DNA of 64,000 nt from a virus. Lineage: Duplodnaviria > Heunggongvirae > Uroviricota > Caudoviricetes. Below are positions 45,971-56,600 of the stretch, one piece after another. Both the position numbers and the translations under genes were made by a program. The DNA is taken from IMG/VR virus record IMGVR_UViG_2703718819_000006, one strand, 5' to 3'. Each line of letters begins with the position of its first letter. The first letter of the stretch is position 1. The notes beneath the pieces were generated by a model. The model was not told where the DNA came from. It did not search any database and saw only the letters and a list, made by a program, of their open reading frames with translations.

Positions 45971-46008
45971 TGCATTGGCGCAATGTACGCGCCAATGCAT
46001 AATTTTTA
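45971..46008 (+). terminator. rho-independent terminator between convergent GIY-YIG and par genes
   Basis: 11-bp stem TGCATTGGCGC/GCGCCAATGCA with 7-nt loop, followed by TAATTTTT. Confidence 0.6.
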
Positions 46009-46365
46009 ACCTTTCTTCATCAACTCTCGTTTGATTTCATCGGTACGCATCGTGACATCGGCAGCGGTGATCGCCTCATTCAATTTCACGATGTCCTCGA
46101 TTTCCTGCGGTGACTTCTCTGCCAGATGGAAAATGGCTGCTCGAATCACGTCAGAACGAGTGAACTTCTCGAAGCGAGGGATGAACTTCATCATCTCCAG
46201 CAGTTCGAAGTATTCGTCCTCCAGTGACATTGTGCGGCTTTTAATTTTCTCTTTGCCACGAGTCGGGCGTCCCTGTGGTCTGACTGGTTGGCGCAAAGGA
46301 GTTGTGTTCTTAGCCGGTGCATCAGGCTCTTTGCGCTTTGCTAGGTCACCCATTTTCATGGACAT
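46006..46365 (-). CDS. small partition/centromere-binding protein (ParG/ParB-like)
   Basis: 119-aa ORF immediately downstream of and overlapping parA; basic Pro/Arg-rich N-terminus. Confidence 0.4.
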   Translation of the reverse strand: MSMKMGDLAKRKEPDAPAKNTTPLRQPVRPQGRPTRGKEKIKSRTMSLEDEYFELLEMMKFIPRFEKFTRSDVIRAAIFHLAEKSPQEIEDIVKLNEAITAADVTMRTDEIKRELMKKG

Positions 46366-47033
46366 TATTCTTCTTCCTCCAGACTCAACAGATAATCTAC
46401 AAATTCTTCAAACTCGGCTTCCGCCTTTTTGTCGCGCTCGCTACCGGTCATTTCAAAGATAGAACGACCAGACTCTTCCGCATCATCATAGACGTTGCGG
46501 TTATATAGATTGACTGGCGCAGACTCGATTCCAAACGTCTCAACAATCTCTTTAGCCGCCAGAATGCGAGACACTTGTGATGGCAAAGCCGGGCACTGGT
46601 TCATGACCGCGCGGACCTTCACTTTATCGTTTACATTGCGAACATTGTCGATAATAGGATCGATGTCACGTAAAGATTTCAAATCACGACGCTTAGGACG
46701 CAGCGGGATAATGATAACGTCAGCCATCAGCATCGCTTGTCGCTGAATTTCGGAGTCGAAGCCACCAGCATCTACCACTACAAACTCAGCTCTACCCTGA
46801 AGCGATTTTAGGTGCTTAATGATGTCATCCTGAACGTATGCAAAAGGAATCAGCTCAAGGTCTTCGTTCTGTCGACGGTCTTCACACCAGCTCGTTGTCG
46901 TGCGCTGAATATCTATATCGGTAATATAAACCTTCTTCTTCTTTTTGACTTTCAGGCAAACGGCAATTTGCTGGGCAACGGTGGATTTGCCAGGCCCGCC
47001 CTTTGTGCCGCCAACCACAAAGATCTTGGTCAT
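46365..47033 (-). CDS. parA: ParA-family partition ATPase (small type Ib)
   Basis: 222 aa; deviant Walker A KIFVVGGTKGGPGKST; ParA/MinD-like VVVDAGG. Confidence 0.8.
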   Translation of the reverse strand: MTKIFVVGGTKGGPGKSTVAQQIAVCLKVKKKKKVYITDIDIQRTTTSWCEDRRQNEDLELIPFAYVQDDIIKHLKSLQGRAEFVVVDAGGFDSEIQRQAMLMADVIIIPLRPKRRDLKSLRDIDPIIDNVRNVNDKVKVRAVMNQCPALPSQVSRILAAKEIVETFGIESAPVNLYNRNVYDDAEESGRSIFEMTGSERDKKAEAEFEEFVDYLLSLEEEE

Positions 47034-47351
47034 TGGAGAGTTCCCTTTGCGTATATAATTATCGTCTGAAACAACTTGTTTTCTTATATGTGATATAGCC
47101 TAAATGCCTACGGCTGCGGTGTAAAGGTTAAATGGTAGGTTGTGATTAACAATTGGCAAACATAGCTTGTATTTGTCTGTTGAAAAAAGTAACAATGACC
47201 TCTATATTACAAGTACGGTGATATGCCGTACACAATTTGATAATGCACACGTAATGGGCTATAGCCTTTTAAAGTAATTTTTGAGTCGAAAACTCAGTTT
47301 GAACAGAGGAGATTGATGGCCTTCCTACATCACGGCCATCAGGAGGAATAC

Positions 47352-47621
47352 ATGTCAGCACTAAAAAAGCAGCGCATCGATTTGAGATTAACCGATGACG
47401 ATAAAAGCATCATCGAGGAAGCTGCCGCAATGTCTAACCAGAGCATTACTCAGTTTATGGTTAGCAGTGCATCTGAACGTGCCGTGAAAGTTATAGAGCA
47501 ACACCGTAGACTAGTTCTGAATGAAGAATCCTGGAATCTGGTTATGGACGCTATAAGCAATCCTCCGGCACCGAACGACAAGCTGAAACGAGCTGCTGAT
47601 CGTCTGAAAAGCATGGAGTAG
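47352..47621 (+). CDS. antitoxin of GNAT-toxin TA system (DUF1778/TacA-like)
   Basis: Start placed at the ATG 6 nt after an AGGAGG Shine-Dalgarno (MSALKKQRIDLRLTDDDKSIIEEAA...); 8 nt upstream of the GNAT gene. Confidence 0.7.
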   Translation: MSALKKQRIDLRLTDDDKSIIEEAAAMSNQSITQFMVSSASERAVKVIEQHRRLVLNEESWNLVMDAISNPPAPNDKLKRAADRLKSME

Positions 47622-47628
47622 TTTACTC

Positions 47629-48150
47629 GTGGATAATATAAAGATAGAAATTTTCTCTGGAGAGAAAGATTATGATTTGAATGGTTTTGATTGCGGTGAA
47701 GAATCACTAAATGCCTTTTTAACCAACCACTTAAAAAGGCAGCATGAGGGAAAAATTCTTCGTGCTTATGTGCTTTGCACGAAAGAAGGCAGACCAAAAG
47801 TGTTAGGGTATTACACTTTGTCAGGTAGCTGCTTTGAAAAGGAGTCCTTACCTTCAAGAAGCCAGCAAAAGAAGGTACCTTATCGGAATGTTCCAAGTGT
47901 TACTTTGGGTAGGCTGGCTTTGGACAAGTCCCTTCAAGGTCAAGGATTTGGCTCAATGCTTGTAACACATGCAATGCGCGTTGTGTACAATGCATCTCTT
48001 GCTGTAGGCATTCATGGACTTTTCGTTGAGGCGTTAAATGACAAAGCCAAGGCGTTTTATAAAAGTTTAGACTTTATCCAGCTGGTTGGTAACAACGAGC
48101 GTTCTTTGTTCTATCCTACAAAATCTATCGAAAAATTGTTCGAAGAATAA
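47629..48150 (+). CDS. GNAT-family acetyltransferase toxin (TacT/AtaT-like)
   Basis: 173 aa; acetyl-CoA-binding QGQGFG motif; GTG start; paired with the upstream antitoxin. Confidence 0.75.
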   Translation: MDNIKIEIFSGEKDYDLNGFDCGEESLNAFLTNHLKRQHEGKILRAYVLCTKEGRPKVLGYYTLSGSCFEKESLPSRSQQKKVPYRNVPSVTLGRLALDKSLQGQGFGSMLVTHAMRVVYNASLAVGIHGLFVEALNDKAKAFYKSLDFIQLVGNNERSLFYPTKSIEKLFEE

Positions 48151-48181
48151 TGTACTCCCCTCAAGTGAGGGGAACTTCGCA

Positions 48182-48397
48182 TCACCAACCGCAAACTCTC
48201 TCTCCCATCGTATTGTGAAAAAGGATTTGGCGTTCGGTTTCTTCGGTCATCACATCATTATTGCTGATATAGATAGGCCCAGCTCCATCGCAGAACAATA
48301 CGCTGGCGGTTTGTGGTTTAATGACGCACCCACTTATCATACAACTCACGATGAACGGCAGAAGCATCTTTCTGACGTATTTTATTGCTCGTCTCAT
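48182..48397 (-). CDS. o-spanin-like outer-membrane lipoprotein
   Basis: 71-aa ORF with signal peptide and lipobox (IVSCMISGC), several Cys; overlaps the i-spanin-like gene out of frame, as in Rz/Rz1. Confidence 0.45.
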   Translation of the reverse strand: MRRAIKYVRKMLLPFIVSCMISGCVIKPQTASVLFCDGAGPIYISNNDVMTEETERQILFHNTMGERVCGW

Positions 48398-48569
48398 TCA
48401 CCACTTCCACTGTGCTTTGAAGTCGTTTTCTGTCTTCCTGTTTTGCCTTCTCTTCCATTGCTCGTCGCGCCGCATTCCCGCCCATCGTGTAAGCGCCGAC
48501 AAGAACGAAAAGAACGGCAGCCAGCGTAATCAAAGCAACTTTTAGCTTTGTCATCAGGCTGCCTAGCAT
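48318..48569 (-). CDS. i-spanin-like protein
   Basis: 83 aa; N-terminal TM (VALITLAAVLFVLVGAY) then charged helical periplasmic part. Confidence 0.45.
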   Translation of the reverse strand: MLGSLMTKLKVALITLAAVLFVLVGAYTMGGNAARRAMEEKAKQEDRKRLQSTVEVVNETSNKIRQKDASAVHRELYDKWVRH

Positions 48570-48570
48570 A

Positions 48571-49290
48571 TTAGACCATCCCTTTCTGGTGTTTTCTTAC
48601 CTGCGACCAGGCAATGAATCCGGCCACAACAATAGTGGCAATACCGAAGATGATGCGTACTGTATCCCCGCTAGAGATATGGCCTTGTGCCTTATCCATA
48701 GCAGCGGAAACCTGCGGCATAACATCGGCAAGCTGCGCCAGACCAATCCCTGCGGTAACAGTTGCGCCTGCGGTTTCTTTAGTTACAGGAACAGCCTTCA
48801 CGGTTTTCACCGGCTTAACGACGCCAGCTCGACGCAGACCTTCCTCAATAACTTCTGCCGCATACCAGGTGTTCAGCGTTTTTAGTGGACCTCGACCATT
48901 CTCGTGGCGAATGATTGCCTCAACCAAAGGTCGAAGGATGTCGTAATCATGCAGATCGATAATCATGTCTGCGGTTACACCAACGGCTTTAGACACCTCA
49001 TTAATGTAGGCGTCAGTGTTGTTTTCATTCGGCGGTGCCCAACGTTCAATAACTTCACGAATGGTATCGATACTTGAGCCGTCTTTTGCGCGACGTTTGT
49101 CGTGGTAGGTAATTAGAGTCACCGCCAGCGCACGAATCCCCCAAACAGGGTCTTTAAACGTGCAAAAGCGCGGTTCGTCTGGATTCGCAACTAGACCTTG
49201 CCACGGTGATCCTTTGTCAAGATTACCGGGGTTATTATTACGAATGCCTCTCGGAGTCTTCATCCTTGATCTCCTGTTATTGCAGTCCAT
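48571..49290 (-). CDS. lysis-associated protein, possible cell-wall hydrolase with C-terminal membrane anchor
   Basis: 239 aa; N-terminal conserved-looking domain (TPRGIRNNNPGNLDKGSPWQG...); C-terminal TM (IIFGIATIVVAGFIAW). Enzymatic class not established. Confidence 0.35.
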   Translation of the reverse strand: MDCNNRRSRMKTPRGIRNNNPGNLDKGSPWQGLVANPDEPRFCTFKDPVWGIRALAVTLITYHDKRRAKDGSSIDTIREVIERWAPPNENNTDAYINEVSKAVGVTADMIIDLHDYDILRPLVEAIIRHENGRGPLKTLNTWYAAEVIEEGLRRAGVVKPVKTVKAVPVTKETAGATVTAGIGLAQLADVMPQVSAAMDKAQGHISSGDTVRIIFGIATIVVAGFIAWSQVRKHQKGMV

Positions 49291-49621
49291 TTTTTACGCC
49301 ATACGCGGCTAACCCCAAAAGCAGTGCAGTGATAATGAACGACGTTATTTTAGAAACAATGCCGCCAAAGAACCCACTGGAGATGGAATCTAACCGGTTA
49401 AGGAGTTTGTCCAGATTGGAGTGTTGAATACTATGTTGCGCCGGGGTCATATCACCAAAGTAGGTTTTCAGCTGATCATTGACCTCCTGGCCAATTTCTT
49501 CACGTAGCTCTTTACCTAATTTGCCAACAACCTCCCGAGCAACGATCGCGGCGATACGCTCAACTTGCTCTGTTGTAACGCCCGCCATCTCGTTCGACAT
49601 GTTTCCTCCATGAAAAGTCAA
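49277..49621 (-). CDS. C-terminally membrane-anchored protein (possible holin or lysis regulator)
   Basis: 114 aa; single C-terminal TM (ITSFIITALLLGLAAYGV); first gene after the tail fibre. Confidence 0.35.
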   Translation of the reverse strand: MTFHGGNMSNEMAGVTTEQVERIAAIVAREVVGKLGKELREEIGQEVNDQLKTYFGDMTPAQHSIQHSNLDKLLNRLDSISSGFFGGIVSKITSFIITALLLGLAAYGVKNGLQ

Positions 49622-49737
49622 ATCGGGATGGCGGATTTATATCACATTTTACCCCTCAATTGATAGGTATGTACCTGCCTATTTATATTGCAAAACTAAT
49701 GAGGGCTTGGTTCTAAACTAATCCTCGTTGAAGTTAT

Positions 49738-52700
49738 TTATTCTTCACGTGAATTTAACTTCGTTTCAAGCTCCTCAACCCTTTTGGTCAATTGCTGAAT
49801 ATGATGAATGAGTGGTACAACCAAACGCTCATACATCACTCCTTCAGCGACCATACCATTTGAGGAAATATCTTCTGGAGAATCATTATTTGTTGGTTCA
49901 CGCCAATGGACATATTGCGGGGCAATCTCACCAACCTCTTCAGCAATAAGGCCGTAATACCCCCAATCCTTTCGGTCACCTCGACAAATTGAACGATACC
50001 AAACAGGTCTTAATGACAAAAGTTCATCAGCATATCGATCTTGTAATGTTTCAATATCCTTTTTATAGCGCCTTGAAGAGGTTGAACGCCAAACTGTATT
50101 GATACCTGGGTTTGGATCAATGTACATATTGGCACCGCTAGTAGTTGTGCCAATATCCCATATAGCAAACCCTCCACTACCGCCTGATTTGACAACCAGT
50201 GTTTCAGCAATAATATCCAGGTTGCCACTATAGCCTGTCAGTGATGATCTGCTTGCATAGGAACTTAGAAGGTTTGTTACCTCTGTTTTCGTGTAAGCAT
50301 TAAGGTTAGTCGCAGTCAAAGTTATATCGGCAGAGCCATCAAACGCCACACCAGCAATTTTCCTTGCTGTCTGCAATTTTGTGGCGGTTGCGGCATTACC
50401 AGTAGTGTTCTGATTACCAGTTGTATTCACACCAGGGATTGAATCCTTAGCGGTATATACCTGCGCCCACTCTGACCATGCCGCACCTGTGTAATCTCTT
50501 CGGGAGCGAATGAAAACCGGCGCATGTGCACCGCTCGTACCACTCCAGCCAATAAGCAACTCGCCCTCACCAGCAGCACTCGCACCTTTCATGTGCAATA
50601 CGTTGCCATACGTGGTCGGGTAGCTATTGTTGTACGCCTCATACATTTGAATGCCAGCAGTGCCTTGAGTAGAGCCGCTTAACGCCGTAACTCGGCCACG
50701 AGATACCAATGTATTAATGTTGATATCGCCTGAGCCATCAAACCTAACACCATTGATGTTTCTCGCTGTTTGCAACTTCGTAGCTGTTGAAGCATTACCG
50801 TTCAAACTACCATTTACGCCACCAGTCACATTTAGTCCATTACCAATAGACACAACACCGCTGGTATTGTTAATTGTAATCGGTCGCAAGCCGTTCCATG
50901 AACCTAACGTATCTCCTGATGCTGTTAGCATGAAATATGTGCTGCCGCCGTCATTACGGATAAAGAACCCAAAGCTACCGTAAGCAATGCGGAAACCATT
51001 TGCATATTTTGAAACGATCTCACCAGAAGATGTCAAACCTCCAGATAATGTACCACCGGTAAGAGGTAATGCACCAACGTCAGATGCAGTTGGTTTGTTT
51101 TTCGTGTTATATACTCTTCGCCATCCTGGAGAATAATCTGTGCCATTAAATACATAGATAAACTCCGCATTAGTGAGAGCACCAGAGACACTCGTCGTTG
51201 TGGCCGTTGTTATACGGATCGTATAATTGTTTGAGCTACTACCGTTATTAAATACCTCTATAACAGCTCCTGCCAATGGAATAACGCCACAACCAGTTTC
51301 ACTATTTGGTATGGTTGCACTATTGGCATAGGCCCACGCACATCGAGCAATCCATGACTTTGTGTTAAATGCTCCATTATTTTGCAATAACGTCACTAAC
51401 TGTGCTGTTGTTATTGCTCCGCCATTACTTCCTGTAGTTAACCAACCAGTAGGAGATGCCGGGCAACCTATATTTGCTGGCGACAAGGAAATATTTGCCG
51501 AGCCGTCAAACGACACCCCATTAATAGTACGCGCAGTCTGCAACTTCGTAGCAGTAGCCGCGTTGCCCGTTGTATTCTGATTACCAGTCGTATTAACACC
51601 TGGCAAATTAATATTCGCAGTACCATCAAAGCTCACGCCGCCGATAGTTCTTGCCGTCTGAAGTTTTGTAGCAGTTGCAGCATTACCAGTGGTGTTCTGA
51701 TTACCCGTAGTATTTACACCTGGAAGGTTGATATTTGCAGAACCGTCGAAACCAACTCCACCGATAGATCTTGCCGTCTGCAATTTCGTTGCTGTACTTG
51801 CATTACCATTTAATGTTCCGGTGATCCCACCAGTAACAGACAACGGACCTGAAACTGTTCCTCCGGTTGTTGGCAGTGCACCAATATCTAACGGCGTCGG
51901 TTTCTGATGTGTGCTATACATCGTATAAACAACACCATCGGTAGCGCTGGAAGGCTTACTCGCTGAATATGTAGGCGATGTATAAATAGAAACTGACGCA
52001 TTTGCAGTACAATCCCAATGGATGTTTACACTCGTCGCATAATTGCCAATCTCAACGTAAATATCATATGTATCGCCGGATGTGTTGATCCAGGCGAAAT
52101 TCGTTAATCCGACGGCTGTACGCTTCCACAAAGCACCTGTAATCCCTTTGGGGTTTCCATTGCCTGCTCGTAGAACCAGTTCTGAAATGCCTGCCTGATG
52201 TGGGGAGCCGACGTTGTAACCAGCGCCACCAATCAATGCGATGTAAACGATGGAACTCGCTTGTGGCATGGTAACCGTAGCCAGTTTGAACCACCCAGCC
52301 CCGCCAGAGAAAGACATCGTTACTGAATTTAAAGTACCAATATCTTTCGGCGTTAATGTGATATCCGCAGTCAGTGCTTTACCGTTAACTTTTCTGTTAG
52401 ATGGCACCCTGCTATTCGCATTGTCATTGGCTGCTTTAACTGCTTTTGGCGTTGCGGCCAGCGATTCACTGGTGCTGTCGACAGCACTGCTAAGTTTCAC
52501 AACACCTTTGGTGGTAAGGCTTGCGTCTTCCATCGCAACTGCATCGGCAATCTCTTCAGCACGATCAGCGGCAGCTTCCGCACGGGTCGCAGCGGATTCA
52601 GCAGCAGTTTTGCTCTGAGATGCAGCTGTCGCACTGCCTGCCGCCTCTGTTGCCTTTGTTGACGCTATCACAGCACTTCCAGCAGCCTCAGATGCTTGAC

Positions 52701-53580
52701 GTGCAGCCTCATCTTTTGAAGCAGAAGCAGAACTCTCTGATGAAGACGCAGAACTTGCAGATTCAGCAGCTGCGGCCATAGAGGAAGCCGCATTGTCTTC
52801 TGAAGCCTTTGCATTTAATTCAGATGACTTTGCTTCTAATGCATAATTTTTCGCAGTTGTTGCCTGATTTGTGGCCTCTATAGCTTTTTCATTAGCCGCA
52901 GCAGCTGCTGATGATGCGATAGCCTCCGATTGTGCAGCTGCTTCTTTTGCTAATTCTGCGTTCGTTTCAGATACCCTTGAAGCAGACTCACTCGCGCTAG
53001 CGGCACTTTGTGACGAAGCTGCAGCCTGTGCACTTTGAGACGCTTGAGAGGCTTTTTCTCCAGCGGTATTGGCGCTTTCTGCTGCTGCGGCAGCACTGGC
53101 CGCCGCCTCACGAGCTTTGTCGCCAGCAGCATCAATCGCGTCAGTGTTATTTTTATACCACTCAACGTTTTCGTTGTGCTCGTTGACGATCTGCATTAGC
53201 GGCTTAACGGTCACTTCTGTACCGTCTTCACGCTCGATTGTCACCTCATCCAGAGCAGTCAACCAACTGCGCATGGACTTGGAATCAGCTGACATACGCG
53301 ACATTAGCGCAGTAAAGCGCGCGCTAAACTGTGTTAAGTCGCCTTCATAGGTCGTAATGATTCGGCACGGAACTTCAGACTGAGTTTCGCCGGTATAAGG
53401 TTCTGAGAGAACAATATTCGTATCACTGGTTACACGCTTGATCTCATACAGCTTATTGTCGGGACCAATGACGATCATTCCCGGCAACACACCATTAGCT
53501 GTTACGTTCCAGGCTGTCCCAACCCCAACTAGAGTATTACTACCCTGTGTAAATGTGATAGTACCTTCCCTGTACCACAT
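49738..53580 (-). CDS. side tail fibre protein with C-terminal intramolecular-chaperone (peptidase S74-like) domain
   Basis: 1280 aa; Ala/Ser/Glu-rich coiled region; five copies of a GN(Q/A)(N/S)TTGNAATATKLQTAR...FDGSA repeat; C-terminus (NMYIDPN...SRRYKKDIETL...YGLIAEEV...) resembles the self-cleaving chaperone of T5 pb1 and endosialidases. Confidence 0.85.
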   Translation of the reverse strand: MWYREGTITFTQGSNTLVGVGTAWNVTANGVLPGMIVIGPDNKLYEIKRVTSDTNIVLSEPYTGETQSEVPCRIITTYEGDLTQFSARFTALMSRMSADSKSMRSWLTALDEVTIEREDGTEVTVKPLMQIVNEHNENVEWYKNNTDAIDAAGDKAREAAASAAAAAESANTAGEKASQASQSAQAAASSQSAASASESASRVSETNAELAKEAAAQSEAIASSAAAAANEKAIEATNQATTAKNYALEAKSSELNAKASEDNAASSMAAAAESASSASSSESSASASKDEAARQASEAAGSAVIASTKATEAAGSATAASQSKTAAESAATRAEAAADRAEEIADAVAMEDASLTTKGVVKLSSAVDSTSESLAATPKAVKAANDNANSRVPSNRKVNGKALTADITLTPKDIGTLNSVTMSFSGGAGWFKLATVTMPQASSIVYIALIGGAGYNVGSPHQAGISELVLRAGNGNPKGITGALWKRTAVGLTNFAWINTSGDTYDIYVEIGNYATSVNIHWDCTANASVSIYTSPTYSASKPSSATDGVVYTMYSTHQKPTPLDIGALPTTGGTVSGPLSVTGGITGTLNGNASTATKLQTARSIGGVGFDGSANINLPGVNTTGNQNTTGNAATATKLQTARTIGGVSFDGTANINLPGVNTTGNQNTTGNAATATKLQTARTINGVSFDGSANISLSPANIGCPASPTGWLTTGSNGGAITTAQLVTLLQNNGAFNTKSWIARCAWAYANSATIPNSETGCGVIPLAGAVIEVFNNGSSSNNYTIRITTATTTSVSGALTNAEFIYVFNGTDYSPGWRRVYNTKNKPTASDVGALPLTGGTLSGGLTSSGEIVSKYANGFRIAYGSFGFFIRNDGGSTYFMLTASGDTLGSWNGLRPITINNTSGVVSIGNGLNVTGGVNGSLNGNASTATKLQTARNINGVRFDGSGDININTLVSRGRVTALSGSTQGTAGIQMYEAYNNSYPTTYGNVLHMKGASAAGEGELLIGWSGTSGAHAPVFIRSRRDYTGAAWSEWAQVYTAKDSIPGVNTTGNQNTTGNAATATKLQTARKIAGVAFDGSADITLTATNLNAYTKTEVTNLLSSYASRSSLTGYSGNLDIIAETLVVKSGGSGGFAIWDIGTTTSGANMYIDPNPGINTVWRSTSSRRYKKDIETLQDRYADELLSLRPVWYRSICRGDRKDWGYYGLIAEEVGEIAPQYVHWREPTNNDSPEDISSNGMVAEGVMYERLVVPLIHHIQQLTKRVEELETKLNSREE

Positions 53581-53672
53581 GTTGAATATGCTCCTTGATT
53601 TGGTGGGCTATCCTTGCCCACCATAAAGTAAGTACCTACTTATTTTTACCGATGTAAATATTTTTTTCTACA

Positions 53673-56600
53673 TTACAGAAGGCCAATTCTTACTCGTAGG
53701 ACGTTGTTATCGTCATAAACGTCAATCCGCTGACCATTTATGACCAGTCGCCCATTACCTCCGCTATTACCGTTGATCTCAAGCGTTCCATTTTTGCCAA
53801 ACCGCCATCCAGATCTACCGCTAACAAAATTGGTAGATTGCAGATCACCTACCTTTGCATTGGTGATTGTACCATCCTTGATATACGCACCATTCATGTA
53901 AGCGATACTGTTTTCGATAACAAATGGCGTGGTGATCTGCCCGTTTACTGAGTTAACCAAACCAAATCTATCAGCCTGCACCAAAAACTGAGAAAGACCT
54001 GTTGTGTCAATTCCAAGAGCAATGCCTGCAACGTACTTCTGTCCTCCGCTAGTGGAGGTTTCCATTTTCAACGTATACGCAGTTGATACTTTTCTGTTTG
54101 TATCAGCAATAGCTGTCGCCTGCTGTTGAATTGTTGCACTATTTCCATTCACCTCAGCTCTAAGAGTATCAATTCGACCACCCAGAGCATTATCTGCCTG
54201 CGTTCTCGCTGTCGTTTCGGTTGTGACCGCCGCAGAAATGTTGGCTGCTGTTTGAGACTCTAAATTTGTGATTTGAGTCGCCAATGCAGCATCCTGCTCT
54301 GTACGTGTTTGCGTCTCAGTTGCAATCGCAGCTTTTATGTCGTCCTTATATTTGGAGGTTAGTGTGGTAATCCGCGATGATAATGCCGAGTCAGCATCAA
54401 CCCTGGCCTGTGCTTCAGTTGTTATATCTGCTCTAATATCATTCGTCGTCTGAGTTATTAAACTTGATAAATCTCTTGTTAAAGCCTCATCACCATCTGC
54501 TCGAGCAGTTGTCTCTCTGGCAATATACGCCTCGAGATCATTAGCTTTTGCTGTAAGAGATGTAATCTGGCTGGATAATGCGCTATCGGCATCCGTCCTT
54601 GCCTTTGTCTCTACAGCAACAGCTGCGGCAATATCAGTTCCGGTCTGCGCTCGCAGGCTGTTAATTTCTCTGGATAACGCCTCATCAGCACTTGCTCTTG
54701 CTTCCTGCTCTTGAGTAATGGCTGCTGATATATCATCGTCAACCCGTGCCCGGAGTTGGTTTATTTGTTGGGCTAAAGCAGAGTCCCCGTTTGCACGAGC
54801 CTCCTGCTCACTACGTATTGCAGCAGAAATATCATCATCAACTTTTGCCTGAAGTTGAGTGATCTGGCTTGCCAGCGCAGAATCTTCCGTTGCTCGTGCT
54901 TCTTGCTCCTCCCTAATTGCCGCTACGATATCGTCACTTACTTTTGACTCAAGCTGAGTGATCTGTGTTGTCAGAGCCTCATCAGCAGATGCACGAGCCT
55001 CCTGTTCTGTGCTAATCGCCGCGCTGATATCTCCTTCAAACTTAGATTGCAGCTGAGTTACACGGTTTGACAACGCTTCATCACCATCTACGCGCGCGGT
55101 AGATTCTTCCAGAATGCTACTCCTGATGTCTTCTTCAAGTTCAACACGAATCTCTTCAACCTTCGTAGCCATTGCAGACATATCATCAGCAAAGGTTTTC
55201 TGTGTTGTTGAGATCTTCGCGTTATTGACCATCTGCTTGTGCTGGTCTTCATCTTGACGAAGAGCCAGGTCAATATTTGTTTTGGCCAACGCCTCAATGT
55301 TCGTAGTAAGTTCTGCGCTGGCACGATCGACCTCTGCAACCGTCTTTTTCATTTCTTCAACGGCAGCGGAGCTTTCCTCTACCGTTGACTGCAACACTTC
55401 CAGTTGTTTAGCGTTTGCAGCATCACCTTCTACACGAGCCTCGCGCTCCTCAGCAATAAGAGCCGCAGCTTCGTTTCTTGCCGCACTTATCGCCTCGGCT
55501 GCGTTAGCAAGTGCAGTATCGTGTTCAGATACGGTGTTTTCGATTTCAACAATTGCAGCATTAGTAGCATCAATTTTTTCAAACGCTTCATTGACCTTAT
55601 CGATCGTTGCAGAAACCTCACCTCTAAGCTCGTTTTGCGCACTCTCCAAAGCATCGCTGCGCTCATTGAAGGTTATTTCAAAGTCCGCGATGTTGTCGCT
55701 GAACTGCTTTTCTAAGTCAGCTATATCTTCCTTAACGTTGTTTACCGTCCCCTCCAAAGATTCGACGCTCTGGTTGATATGATCATTTAACTCGTCAACT
55801 GCTTCTTGAGAGGCTTTGCTGTTGATGTCCTCAAGCAGAGCCTGACCAAGCTCAGACGATGTAATCTTACCTTCCAGGAACGACAATACATCGCGAGTTG
55901 TCGCCTCTGTACCCAAGTTTGAGTTCGGAGGACTTAACATGCCGCGCTTGTTCGATGCTCGAATCCAGTAATACCACGTTTCGCTATCCCCAAGACCAGC
56001 ATGTGTAAAGGTGGTGCTTGCAGACTCTGCGATCAGTGTCGCCATATCCAGATTGTTGGTCTGGGATGCGTAAACATTAATGTGATCAAGGTCTACCGAA
56101 TCTGGATTAATCCAATTCAGTATCACATTACGATAGTCTCCAACGGCCGTTAATGACGTTGGTGCATCAGGCGGTGTCATTGTGCCCAGCACCTGATAAA
56201 CGGTACTGATAATCTCTGTTTTTTTACCGTTGAATGAAACCGCATACAGTTGGAAGTCGTAGCGTCCATTCTCCGCGACATTAACGATTTCGTATTGCTC
56301 TTCGGTTACACGTGCCGATTGCCAGTTCGATACATTGTTTTCATCAGAACGTCGCCAACTGATCCAATACTCTGGAGATTTCCCTTCCCATGTTGCAGTC
56401 AGTTTTACTGACAGGTTGCCTGGGCTTGAGAGATAAGTCCCTTCGGTGATTTGCAAATTAGACGGCTTGGAGTAAGTCGGGTCCAATACCGTCGTATTCT
56501 GCGGGATAAGCGTTGCACCATTGTCAATCGCCTCATATTTAGACGGATTGTTCTCAACAGCGGTGATGTCAAAGCTACCCGGCGTTTCCCCCTGCGCGAT

